Of a DNA stretch of 64,000 nt, positions 1 to 12,319 are shown piece by piece. The DNA comes from the human T2T-CHM13v2.0 reference genome, Homo sapiens. Both the position numbers and the translations under genes were made by a program. A model generated the notes under the pieces. That model ran no database searches, was not told the origin of the DNA, and worked only from the letters and a program-made list of their open reading frames with translations. Within the stretch, counting starts at the first letter, position 1. Each line of letters begins with the position of its first letter. The stretch lies in assembly GCF_009914755.1 (NCBI RefSeq), contig NC_060932.1; one strand, written 5' to 3'.

Positions 1-1269
1 CAGTTTAGAGATTAATAGACTCCAAGGCAGAATTTCAAAGTTAATGAACAAGAACCAGTTAGAAGACAGAGACCTCTCAGCCACAACAAGAATATCAAAG
101 TCAGAGACAAGAGAAAATCTACTAACAAAAGAATATGTGAGAAGGATTTCTTTGGAGAGAGCTGTACTTTAACCCTTGGGAAAGGTTTAGGGAGCGTCTA
201 TTCTCACTTCAAGCCAGGTGAAGGGGAATTCAGCGGGACCACTCAGAGAGCTTCACATGGGGCTCCTACAGTTTGGAAGACTTTGTGGATGCAGATCCTA
301 AAGCAGGTGATACACTGCGGCTTCTGACATGAGCTCAAGGAGAGGTAGCTGTGTTGGAATCCAAGTTTCTGAGTGCAGAGGATGCCTGGATGTGTCCCAC
401 AGACCAGAAGTGAGCCACTCACAAGAGAGCTGGTGTGAGGTCACATCAGGTTATGTCTTGTCGGGTCTCCTGGACATTTCATGAGACCCCCAACTAATGA
501 AAGCTAGAGGTGACTACCAACCAGACTCCTTGGGGTGAAGAAGGAATCAGTGAAGACAGAGGGCACATTATCTGCATCGCAGAAGCTAGAGATGAAAACA
601 CCCCATGATCAGGGTGGCAAAGGGTAAGGGCAGAAAGCAGAGGGGGTTGGGGGATGTTAGGGGGTGGGTAGTTTCTGAAAAATCCACAGAAACATCCAGA
701 AGGAAAAATGTTACAGGCACCTGCCAGGCCCAGAGAGTTCAAGGCTATCTAACAACAGTGACACCAAATCAAAACTTCTGGCTCCCCTTATCTTTCCATT
801 CCAATGTGGAAGAGCCAGATGCAGTCCAGTCTTGTATGTAAAAGGAAGAGGAGAACATGAAGAAAGTAGCCAACATACCACTCCAACCAGAACAGCTGAG
901 ATTTATCTTCAATCTGCTCTGTCGATGCATTAAGACCAAAGTATAACCTCACCTCTCACACAAGGAAGTCATTCGGTCACATGGGCTTATTCATATTTGA
1001 ACTTCACCTAACAGTTATGAGCAGTTAACTGTATTTCCCAATTCATGCAGGGCTCATGTGTGTTCTTCACCCATTTCCATTTGAGGATGATAATTTGCTA
1101 AAGTTTAAGCTTTGGAAACTCTTCTTTAGCATGAAAGAGATTCGAGTTTTTAAAATTTGTTTAGTTTTTTGTTTTGTTTTGTTTTGTTTTTGGTGTTCTT
1201 CCTGCTGCCTTCTGTAATTGTTTCCATAGAGTTGACGGCTCTCTTGCCCTTAACACAGCAAGCTTCTGT

Positions 1270-1485
1270 ATTCTTGACTAAACATTAATAGACTGACATT
1301 AATAGGTTGAAAATCTGGATGCAAGCAAAATGCTGTAACATAAAGGCTGTGGATTTGGGGGCATGGAGAAGGAAAGGTCAAAAGAATTGAGACTATTAAG
1401 GAGTGAACTAGAATGGGACTTGAAGTATAAAAGGTAAAATGTTAGGCGGTTAGTTAGGAGCTGTTCATCTCCATTACAGACAGGA
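1270..1485 (-). mobile_element. Old L2 fragment
   Basis: Degenerate L2-like purine-rich text (ggttgaaaatctggatgcaagc..., gttaggagctgtt); boundaries approximate. Confidence 0.4.
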
Positions 1486-1487
1486 AA

Positions 1488-1636
1488 TGAAAAGAAGAGG
1501 AAGAAGAAGAGAAGGAGGAGGAAGAGGAGGAGGAGGAGGAAGAGAAGGGGCAGGGGACAGGGAGGGGGAGGAGGAGGATGGGGAAAGGGAAGGGGAAGGG
1601 GAAGGGGAAGCAGCAGCAGAAGCAGCAGCAGCAGCT
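1488..1636. repeat. Compound purine-rich microsatellite (GAA/GGA/GAAGGG) ending in short (CAG)n
   Basis: Read directly: gaagaggaagaagaagagaaggaggagg...gaaggggaaggggaagggg...gcagcagcagaagcagcagcagcagc. Confidence 0.9.
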
Positions 1637-2099
1637 GTATGTGTTGTATTAAGTCAGGCTGGCGTTAGGGGGCTTGGAAGGAGAAAATTACATTACTGCT
1701 CGTTGTCTTTGCTTCCCTCTCCCTACCTGAAGTAAAGGCCAAGCCAGAAAGAAGATATCTTAAGCCCTGAGACAAGGACTCTGGTTACATTCTTACGGGG
1801 AAGAAAAACAATTTAAGCATTTTTTCAAAGACTCTAGTTTGCCTCAAATTCTTGAAATTCAAATGGTATTAGAATCTCTGAGCACCAACACATGAAATTT
1901 TAACATATGTTCACTTACTTGCAGCCAGTGATGACCTTCATTTTAAGCAGAATATGTTAAAACAACACTTGAAACATTACTACATGTATTATTTTTAAAA
2001 AGTTCTTTTTTGAGAATTTAAGTCTGATAAATTTAAGCCTAACAAAGACTGGAAGAAACAGAAGAAGAATTTGGAAAGATAATTGGAGATGCTGTAAAG

Positions 2100-2560
2100 T
2101 TATTATTTATGAATAAGCAAATAAAAATAGTTAATCCTTGCTAGGGAATGTGAGGACACACGGAAATGGGTTTAGGAAGAGAGGCACATTTGGGAAATTG
2201 CTTCTCTGGGCTGAGGGAAACCTTAGCATAACTTCTACAGGCATGAGAAGGGTGAGGCCATATTTCATTCCACAAATGGAGTTAGCAAGCAAGAAGAGAG
2301 ATGGTATGACACTATTGAGCAGACATTTCTGCGTCGTTTCTACCAACCATTTCTAAAATCTCAAAGACAAAGTTCACCAGTGTTTATTGAGCCTATAACG
2401 CGGTAATCACTGAGCTAGAACCTGAATGCTAAGATAACTTTCCAGTTAGATAATACATTCCCCAAAATAATTTAGCATGTGATAAAAATTATTCCATGGA
2501 GAGTCAGAAGGGACTCAGAGAGGTGTCCAAAGGCTTGAGGGGGAGACTTTAAGAACTCCT
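2100..2560 (-). mobile_element. Old L2 fragment interrupted by a 169-bp insertion
   Basis: L2-like text on both sides of 2330-2498 (ggagttagcaagcaagaagag... / ...gtgtccaaaggcttgagg). Confidence 0.4.
2330..2498 (+). repeat. 169-bp dispersed direct repeat, copy 1 (partner 3709-3877)
   Basis: Gap-free alignment by eye, about 11 substitutions. Confidence 0.95.
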
Positions 2561-2602
2561 TTAACATTTCTGGATGATCTTGTTTGTGCCACAGTTAAGA
2601 GC

Positions 2603-2810
2603 ATATGGTTAAGAGCATAGCTCAGGAGCAGGTCTACATGGGATGAATTCCATGGTAGCTGTGTGAGCTTGGGCAAGTTACTGGTCCTCTCCAGGCTTCA
2701 GTTTGGACACCAGTAGAACAGGGATGCTAGCAGGACCACTAGGTGGAATCCTGTGAGGATTCAATGCATTAGTAGGTGGGAAGTGCACAGTAGGTGCATT
2801 TAAGTGCAAT
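2603..2810 (+). mobile_element. MIR SINE
   Basis: tggttaagagcatag...agctgtgtgagcttgggcaagttact...tgtgaggattcaatg MIR core. Confidence 0.65.
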
Positions 2811-3081
2811 GGCCCCTGGCTGGACAACAGCTCTACAAAAAAAGAATAAAGGAAATCAAGAAGAAAGCCAAGACTAAAAAGGTTAGCAACTGCTCAACAT
2901 CACCCTCAAACCTATTTCTAAACCCAGGGCTTTCTACAGTAATGCACTGCTGCCATGAGACCAGGGGCCCATAACTAGAAGGAATCAAGTTTAGTTTCAT
3001 TTCCTCTTGCCATGCTCTATGACAGGGTCATTAAGCAGTAATCAAGTGGTTGAGAACTGCCTTGTTCTACAGGGTCTTAAA

Positions 3082-3270
3082 GTATAACATGGTGATTCTA
3101 GTCCATTAACCCTAGAGGCAGTCAGTTCAAATCACATCTCAACTTCTACCAGCTGTGTGACCTTGGGAACTGCACTTTAACCTCACTGAAATGCACATAG
3201 CTCACAAATAGACTAGGAATGTTATGCACCTACCATACCGGGTGCTTATGAAAATGAAATTAGAAAACGC
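3082..3270 (+). mobile_element. MIR SINE
   Basis: accagctgtgtgaccttgggaa...ttaacctcactga core motif. Confidence 0.55.
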
Positions 3271-3462
3271 TTACATTTTATTCTTTATTACATAACTGAA
3301 TTATATAAAGCATTTTCCAAATAAAAAATAATTTGTATTTAAAAAAAGAAAAAGTACTGGTTTATGGTAAACAGTCAAGCTGTAGCTGTTTTTGTCATCA
3401 TCACCATTATCATCACCAACACAGAGTTCAACTAGCCAATTGGTACTTGAATTTCCTCTACA

Positions 3463-3705
3463 TCAGTTGCTTTTAAACATTTTTTTTAACACAATCCACG
3501 GAGAACAAAAAAATTCATTGTGACGCTGTATGCCCATACACGTATATTTAAAGCAGACATTTTATAACACAATATTTTCCCTTAATACATGCAATGTATT
3601 TTCCATTCTATTTCACTTCATTTCACTTTTTAAATGTTGGTCATGACCCACTAAACTGATTCCATAATCACCAATTGGTTGCCACCCACCATTTAAACAA
3701 TGCTA
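3463..3705. mobile_element. hAT-Charlie-like MITE (family not determined)
   Basis: cag..ttttaaac start; aaatgttggtcatgacccactaaactgattccataatcacc...tttaaacaatg end, typical of Charlie-derived MERs. Confidence 0.45.
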
Positions 3706-3708
3706 TGT

Positions 3709-3877
3709 TGCATCGCTTCTGCCAACCATTTCTAAAATCTCAAAGACAAAGTTCACCAATGTTTATTGAGCCTATAATGTGGCAATCACTGAGCTCGAAA
3801 CTGAATGCTAAGATAACTTTCTAATTAGATAATACATTCCCCAAAATAATTTAGCATGTGATAAAAATTATTCCATG
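3709..3877 (+). repeat. 169-bp dispersed direct repeat, copy 2
   Basis: Matches 2330-2498 at offset 1379. Confidence 0.95.
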
Positions 3878-4339
3878 TACATTGTAAATAAGCAACAGTT
3901 ATTAATTTTGCTTTTTCAGATCACAGTTAATGTTCACCAATTACATTAAAGTAATTCATTGTTGGCTGGATGTGGCCTGAAATTGCATCAAGTATCTATA
4001 AACTCCGCTTCACCAGTTGAGAACAATATATGATAAACTCTCCCAGGTCCTTAAATGGTCCCACTAGAAAAAAACTCAGCCTGTTGCCAAGATGATGCCA
4101 GGCTTTCCTTTCCTTTACCATATCTCACAATTCCATATATGTTTAAGCTTCTCTGGCAGAATCAGACATTCATGCTCATGTATGTACTCTCCATGCATAT
4201 TCTGAGACAACTTCTACAAATTAGAAAAGCAATAGCAATGCATTTCACTGCCCAATTAATTTTACCAGCTAGATAAACATCTAATCTTCTAGTCATTTTT
4301 TATTATTATAGGTTTATCTTAATTCATCTCACAATCAGT

Positions 4340-4619
4340 ATTTTTATTTTTATTTTATTTTTTTAGACATGGTCTCACTCTGTCACTCAGGCTGAAGTGT
4401 AGTGGTGAGAGCTAGGCTTGCTGCAACCTCTGCCTCCCAGGCTCAAGTGATCCTCCCGCCTCAGTCTCTCAAGTAGCTGGGACTATAGGTGTGCTCCACC
4501 ATGCCCAGCTAATTTTTGTATTTTTTGTAGAGATGCGGTTTGCCATCCATCTCAAGCAATCTGCCCATCTCAGCCTCCGGAAGTACTGGGATAACAGGCT
4601 TGAGCCAGCATGCCTGGCT
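4340..4619 (-). mobile_element. AluJ with small internal deletion
   Basis: T-tail then agacatggtctcactctgtc...ggctcaagtgatcctcccgcctcag (J-type); flanked by cacaat(c/g)agt TSD. Confidence 0.9.
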
Positions 4620-4629
4620 CACAATGAGT

Positions 4630-5110
4630 TTTTTTTCCTTTTTTTTTTTTTTGAACTTTTATTTTAGGTTTGGGGGCTACATATGAAGGTTTGTTACATA
4701 GTTGTTACATAGGTAAACTCATGTCCTGAGGGTCTGTTGTACACATTATTTCATCACCCAGGTGTTAAGCCCAGTACCCAAGAGTTAACCTTTTCCGCTC
4801 CTCTCCCTCCTCCCATTCTCCACGCTCAAATAGACCCCAGCGTCTGTTGTTTCCTTCTTTGCGTTCACAGGTTCTTATCATTTAGCTCCCACTTATAAGT
4901 GAGAACATGTAGTATTTGGTTTTCTGTTCCTGCATTAGTTTGCTGAGAATAATAGCAGCATTGGTGTTCCTGCAAAAGACATGATCTCGTTCTTTTTACA
5001 TGGCTGCATAGTATTCCACGGTGTATAGGTACTGCGTTTTCTTTATCCAATCTGTCATTGATGGGCATTTAGGTTGATTTCATCTTCATTGCAGCACTAG
5101 CCATAATAGC
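4630..5110 (-). mobile_element. 5'-truncated L1PA (old, about L1PA13-16) 3' end with short 5' inversion
   Basis: T-tail; L1 3'UTR text (catttagctcccacttataagtgagaacatg); inverted sense piece ttcattgcagcactagccataatagc at 5085-5110. Confidence 0.9.
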
Positions 5111-5232
5111 ACAATGAGTATTTTTTAAATGTTATAGAGGTGATATCTGACGTGATATTAGTTCATTAATTAGCTGATATTTGAAAGACACTCTTGGCTT
5201 ATGAATTTCCAATGCCATTGATATACTCTAGA

Positions 5233-5440
5233 GCAGCACTGTCCATGAAAGCTTCCTGTGATGATGAAAAGGTTCTATATTTTCACCGCCTGGTATGGTA
5301 GCCGCTAGCCATGTGTGGTATTGAGCCCTTGAAATGTGGCTAATGCAACTGAGAAACTGAAATGTTAGCTTTGTTTTAGCTTAATTAATTTAAATTTCAA
5401 TAGTCACATGGGCCCTGCAGCTATTTTATTACTGCAGATC
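5233..5440. mobile_element. MER3-like hAT-Charlie MITE
   Basis: cagcactgtcca...tgtgatgatgaaaaggttcta...ggtagccgctagccatgtgtgg...gaaatgtggcta...gagaaactga. Confidence 0.7.
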
Positions 5441-5499
5441 TGCAGCATTTATCATAGAACATGCTAACGATCCTGGTGAAAGAAAATTACAATAAAAGG

Positions 5500-5630
5500 T
5501 ACCGTTTATTGAGCATTTATCCGGGACCAAGCATTAGCCTAAGCCTTTTTTATACACTTTATGTAATTTACTTCTACGGACAATCTTACCTAGCAGGTAC
5601 TATTATTATTCTTCCCATTTTTTCAGGAAA
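5500..5630 (-). mobile_element. MIR fragment
   Basis: tttattgagcatttat...ggtactattattattcttcccattttt. Confidence 0.45.
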
Positions 5631-6859
5631 ATCTGTAATACAGGACCCCTCCAGTTCTAAAACCAAATGTCTCTGTGATTTAAATAAAAGGGTTGAGATC
5701 AAGAGGTTTGGAGAATCTCTGTCCACTTGAGGATATGATGCTATTTTTACATTTACTTAAGATTTATTCTTACCAGCTTTTGAGAGGGTTTGAAGGGGCT
5801 TATAGACTAGATGGTGCTTAAGACATTTAAGAATCATAAAGAATAAAGATCACTTGGGGAAAAAATGATGGAAGAAAGGTCTTTAAGCACCCAATTTCTG
5901 AGTCAGAAGATTGATTAAAGCTTTCCATCTAAGGCAAAACATAAAAATATAATTAATTAACTAATTACTAAAAATATTGGAGCTTTAAGTTATACACAGA
6001 ATCTGTTGTTATTTATTTCTTGACCAAGAAATCAATCAAACTGGTGTGGAGGCTTCACCAAAGATACGGGATTGCTCAAGTAATTCCTGTCTCTCTCTTC
6101 CTCCATAAAAGCAGACTATTGCCGGAAAATATAACTCAGTAAAGGCAATTCTCTGAAAAGTTCTATCACCCCAAGACTCACCTTTTGATAGCATATTAGT
6201 GTCCCTTTGTCCATCCAGCACTAACTCAGATGTGGCTTCCCTGACTGGTCCATGGGGAATGGCCTCTTGTGTCTACTGCTGCTGCTGACCACTCAGAGAC
6301 TCTTTCTCTGTACTGGAATGGGGGTTCACAGCCTTCTTCACCAGCAGAACAGGAGAAGAGTAAATAACACAAGAGGCCATTTGGCTACGAGCAGGCTATT
6401 TCAGCCAACATGAGAAATATCTATAGGGGAGAACTGCATGTTTTCATTTACTTGCAATTGAGCTGAATTGCTGTGTATACATGACATGTATATGTGTGTG
6501 TGTCAGAGGTTTCATTAAATGTTTCGAATTTGTTTGTGGGTTTTGCCTCCTTATGTACTTTCTTCTATTTGAAGAAGAGAAATAAGCACCAAAAAATACA
6601 TGCACACACTTCTACTTCAAAACAATGACTTCAGTGGGACTCTGTAAGGAGAGGTGCCTTGTTTTCACCAGCTCAAACAGAACTAAAGACTTAGTTGCCT
6701 CTTACCCTTCAGTACATAGCTGCCTCTAACTCAACTTTTCCTTACTACTTTCCTTAAACTTGTGGTAGTGGGAGAGTTAGGATAAGGAGTGCAAAGCCTG
6801 TAACAGCCTTAATGCTCCTCCAATTCCATAGGAAGAGAAAAGGAAAAGTTTATAATTTG

Positions 6860-6990
6860 TCTGCTTATCATATGTGAGGCACTTTATGTATCTTAATTTA
6901 ATCCTCACAGATCTATTAATGGTAGGTATGGCCTTTTCCTCCATTTTAGAGATGAAAAACACTGAAGTAAATCACTCAGGATCCCACAGC
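6860..6990 (-). mobile_element. MIR fragment
   Basis: tttaatcctcaca...ccattttagagatgaaaaacactgaag. Confidence 0.5.
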
Positions 6991-7172
6991 CAGTAGCCAT
7001 CTGTATCCATAGGTCCGCATCTGCAGTTTCAACTAACATCTGAGGAAAAAATAGTCTTTAAGGGACACGAAATCCGAGGATGCAGAGTGAAGGAGGCAAC
7101 TTTCCACATGCACAGATTCCAAAGGGCCAACCGCATGGATCCAATCCCCCATGGATATCGAGGGACAGTGGT
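6991..7172. mobile_element. TcMar-Tigger MITE (MER8/MER2-like)
   Basis: ctgtatccataggtccgcatctgcagtttcaac...ccaatcccccatggatatcgagggacagt. Confidence 0.65.
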
Positions 7173-8175
<1,003 letters not shown>

Positions 8176-8451
8176 CTCATTTTTGAGTAAAACAGTCAGG
8201 ACATAGTCATGTATTTATTTTGGAATATTTTAAACGAACAGAATTAATGTTATGTAATTGATACTGCAAGGTGAAACACTAAAAAGTGAAATAACTACCC
8301 ATTATGCAAGGTTGTTATTTATTATATGTATTAAATAATGATATTACTTCAATAATATGCTATAGGGCCTCTCAGGAGAAGACAGAAATGCAGCACTTCC
8401 AATTTTTTTAGGGTCTCATTCTATTAAACACACTAAAAAAGATGACAAAAA

Positions 8452-8870
8452 TTATACTATATTTATATTTTTAATATAGTATATACTTTATATAGCATAC
8501 ATTATATGTTTGTATATATAGTATATTCTACCATTTATGTTTGTATATATAGCATATACTATATATTTTTGTATATATTTATATATGAATTTTATATAAT
8601 TTATATATAAATATATAATTTTATTTTTAATTTAATTAACTAATTTTTAATTTAATTAATTTAATCATTTTTAATTTAATTAATTTAATCATTTTTAATT
8701 TAATTAATTAATTTAATTAATTTTTAATTTAATTGATTATTAATTTAATTTAATTTTATATATAAGTATATAATTTATATATAAATAAATTTTTGTATAT
8801 AATTTATATATACAAAAATATCTAGCATATGCTATATATACAACATATATAAAGTAATTTTTTTATATAA
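8452..8870. repeat. AT-rich low-complexity region with inverted arms
   Basis: Nearly pure A/T; 8541-8578 is the reverse complement of 8806-8843 (36/38). Confidence 0.9.
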
Positions 8871-9044
8871 AATCATCCAAAAAATGTCATACATGTTTAT
8901 ATACTCTCATTTGGAAGAAATGTCCAAAGCCTGAATGTGAGGTCCAGGCCAACTCTCTCTGCCCTGTCTCTCAACCCCCAATAGTGTCCTTTTTTCCCAG
9001 TCTTGTTTTGACCTGCTTGTAAATTTTAGTTGGCCTCACTGATT

Positions 9045-9250
9045 TTCTGGAGCCAGGTGCTAGGTTTGGATCCTGGCTCCACCCCTAGGATCGGTGTGAC
9101 CCTAAGCAAGTCATCTAACCTCTTAGTGCCTGAGGTTCTATTTACAAAATGCAGCTAGTAACTCCTGCCTAGAGTGCCATAGGGAGGATCAATGAGCTAA
9201 TGTGTGGAAAGGACATGGACAGGTCTCAGTACGTGGTACCTATTGAGAGC
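9045..9250 (+). mobile_element. MIR SINE
   Basis: ctggagccagg...tcctggctccac...gtgtgaccctaagcaagtcatctaacctct. Confidence 0.65.
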
Positions 9251-10539
9251 TCAGTATGGCTGGACCGCAGTAGCCTTTGCGCTCCCCAAAGCAATTCTCA
9301 CAGTTTCTAATCCTGTCAATTTACCTATTCACCTCAACTGTTCTTAAAATTTTTTACTCATTTTTTTCATTGTTATAAAAATATAAAACTGCCTTTTCTG
9401 CACAATAATTCTTTTCTTTCGTCAACTGGTTTACAAAAGGTGAATGAATGAATCTCAAACTCATTTACATGGATGAATCTCAAATACATTCTGCTAATTC
9501 AACTGCTGCTGCTTTTCCAATGTTCCTGAGCTGACATTTGCGTTATTCAGCAGCACGGTACTCCGAAGGGCAATAGCCTTGAACCCTTTCAGCTCATGAC
9601 CAAGCTATCAGAACACAGAAGTCCAAAATCACAGTGTGCCATGCAAAATCCAAACTACAATGTACCAAGTTTATCACGTTTCATTACTTCAGTATGTTTA
9701 AAACACAAGACTTCTGGAAGATATTCGTCTAAGGTATTTATTCTGAACAATAACAAGGAACTATGCTGAAAAAGAAATTTCAATAAAAACTAAAGTAGAA
9801 CTTCAAATGGACAGAAGAATGCACATTTCCAAACAGCGACTTGCCCAGAGAATGAAACCCACCAGACTTTTTCCATCTACAAAGAAGCTGAATGTAATGT
9901 TCTTTGGGTTTTTATCAACAGCCAGGTAAATGGGAAGAATCTCTCAGAAGCACTTTATGAAGTTATACAAAGAACTACTTTTAAAGCATTTCATGGTTGG
10001 CAGCTTAAGATAATATTTTTTTTAATTTTTAAGGAAAGGCTTCTTAGTTCTTCTGATGTGTTGATAACATGTGCTGCAGATCTCAGTAATTGCAGCAGAT
10101 CAATTTTGATGACACAGTTGAAAATATTACATCCTAAGAGCATGGAAATCCAAAGGAAAAACCCTCCCACTGGGTTAGGCACATTTTATCTAATGCATTA
10201 GGACCTAATGAAAATCACACATCACACAACTCCATTCACAGGCTCCCTCTTGACTGCCTGGACAGCAGACCCACCTGCCATGACAATGTTTTGGTGTCAA
10301 CTCTGAAGGCATCTGCCTTTCTCTCATAGAGGACTTCTCCCTCTCAAAAGTATTTTCACTTATGTTATCTTAGAAGGTAAGGAGAGCTTGAAGTGGTTAA
10401 ATCCACACATAATTCAGGAACTTTATTTTCCTTAAAGACTTCCATCTCTTCCCCAACCTGGTAACAGTTTCCAAAATGGACAAAGCTGAATCTCACCTCT
10501 TCGGCTTTGTTTTCCCACATTTGAAATGAAACAGGCATG

Positions 10540-10872
10540 AAACTGGCCAACTTTTCCCGTAAAGGCCAGAGAGTAAATATTTTAGGCTTTGCAGGCCATT
10601 CCGAGTCTGTTGAAATTACTCAGCTCTGCAGTTGTAGCACAAAAACAGCCACAGAGAAGACACAAATGAATCAGTGTGGCTGTGTTCCCACAAAATTTCA
10701 TTTATGGACATTGAAATTTAAATTTCCTGTAATTTTTATGTATCATGAAATATTATCCATCTTTTGATTTTTTCCCCAGCCATTTAAAAATGTTAAAACC
10801 ATTCTTAGCCTGAGGGTCATACAAAAACAAGTATTGGGCCAGACTGAGCCCACAGGCCAGAGTTTGCCCTAA
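10540..10872 (+). mobile_element. MER58B-like hAT-Charlie MITE
   Basis: aacttttcccgtaaaggccagagagtaaatattttaggctttgcaggcca...cacaggccagagtttgcc. Confidence 0.8.
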
Positions 10873-11289
10873 AAGAAATCTCAAAACATTTCATAGTCAC
10901 ATATAAACAGGAGCCAGATCCTTCTACTGGAGTGAACTGTAGAATCCCACAAGGAGACAAGCTCCCAATTTGCAAATATAAAGAGCAATATGCCCAGAAA
11001 CTCTTTGTCTGTATGTTTAAAAATTCACCATATGTCATAATCTCATTTCATGTCTTATGAAATTCAGACCTAATGAAGAAATCTTGATTTTTTTAAAATC
11101 TAATTTAATATGTCCTCTCAACATTAAGAGATGTTTAAATAGTATGTAAATACTGATATTAAATATGTATTTGGTATTTTAAATATAGATTTAAATAGTA
11201 AATATTTTTAATTGGAATATTTAAAAATGTCATTTCTATTCTTAACTGGCTATAAAAAGCAGTTAAGTAGGAAGAGAGGTGCTATGAGT

Positions 11290-11495
11290 AACACCGCTTG
11301 ACCACGTACCATACATCAGGCACTGGATTCAGCATTTTCCGTGTGTGATTCATTTAATCCTCACAGCAGCTTTGTGAGGCCACTCATTGTTATTCTCATT
11401 TTACAGTGGAGCAAACCGAGACATGAAGCTAATACACAGTGGAGCCAGGATCCCAGACAATTCAGCTCCAAAGCTGGCAACGTTAACCACCTAGT
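11290..11495 (-). mobile_element. MIR SINE
   Basis: caggcactgg...catttaatcctcacagcagctttgtgagg...cattttacagtggagcaaaccgag. Confidence 0.65.
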
Positions 11496-11751
11496 AATAC
11501 TAACATATACCAGAGGAATTAGATGTCATTTCTCTTTGACTTTGAATCAGTAATCTTTTAGGATTTCAATGGCCTCTCATTTTTTATGTATTTTTACTTT
11601 ACTTTTACTGACACACAAATGCATATTTTTAAGGACTCTGAGTCTTAAAATTGATTTGCCAATTTAGATAAAATATATATAAGGAAGCTACCCAACTATG
11701 CACAAAAAATCTTAACTCTTTATTCACATATAAATCGAATGCTCTCCCAGT

Positions 11752-11888
11752 TCTATACATATGTGATTCTTACACAGTTTGAAATGCTTTACATCTTTCT
11801 TTCTAACGTAGTAGAATATGTCAATCTATACATATGTGATTCTTACACAGTTTGAAATCTTTCTTTCTAACATAGTAGAACATGTCAA
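11752..11888 (+). repeat. Tandem duplication, 73-bp and 64-bp copies
   Basis: tctatacatatgtgattcttacacagtttgaaat... twice; copy 2 lacks 9 bp. Confidence 0.95.
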
Positions 11889-12235
11889 TGGTGATTTTCC
11901 TCACTGACCTTCATGGCATCCCATACAGGTAAAGAACTAAGATAAAAGCAGAGTCAAATCTTTCTTTCAGTCATTCACTCACACGTTCAGTCAGAAACAC
12001 ATGCACTGAATATGCTTACCATGTGCAAGCCATTGTCTCAGGGGCAGGGAGGTTTACAAAATGAATAGTGTCCCTTGATGGTTAATTTTACATGTCAACT
12101 TGACGAAGCCACCATACCCAGATATTTGGTCGAACGCCAGTCTAGATGTCACTGTAAAGGTTATTTTTTTGGATGGGATTAGCTTTTTAAATCCGTAAAT
12201 TAGAGTAAAGCAGATTACCCTTGATAATGTGGGTG

Positions 12236-12319
12236 GCCAACTGCACCACTACACAGTATATTCAGGTAAGAAACTTGCACCTGTACCCCCTAAATATATA
12301 AAAATAAATGACTAAACAA
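12236..12319 (+). mobile_element. Extremely 5'-truncated L1 3' end (about 80 bp)
   Basis: accactacacagtatattcaggtaagaaacttgcacctgtaccccctaaatatataaaaataaa; TSD gataatgtg(gg/aa)tg. Confidence 0.6.

Noticed and set aside
1-900. Possible very old LTR-derived sequence
   Set aside because: Purine-rich text is suggestive, but I cannot match termini or a family
1487-1735. G/E/R/A-rich 82-aa ORF
   Set aside because: Translation of a purine microsatellite
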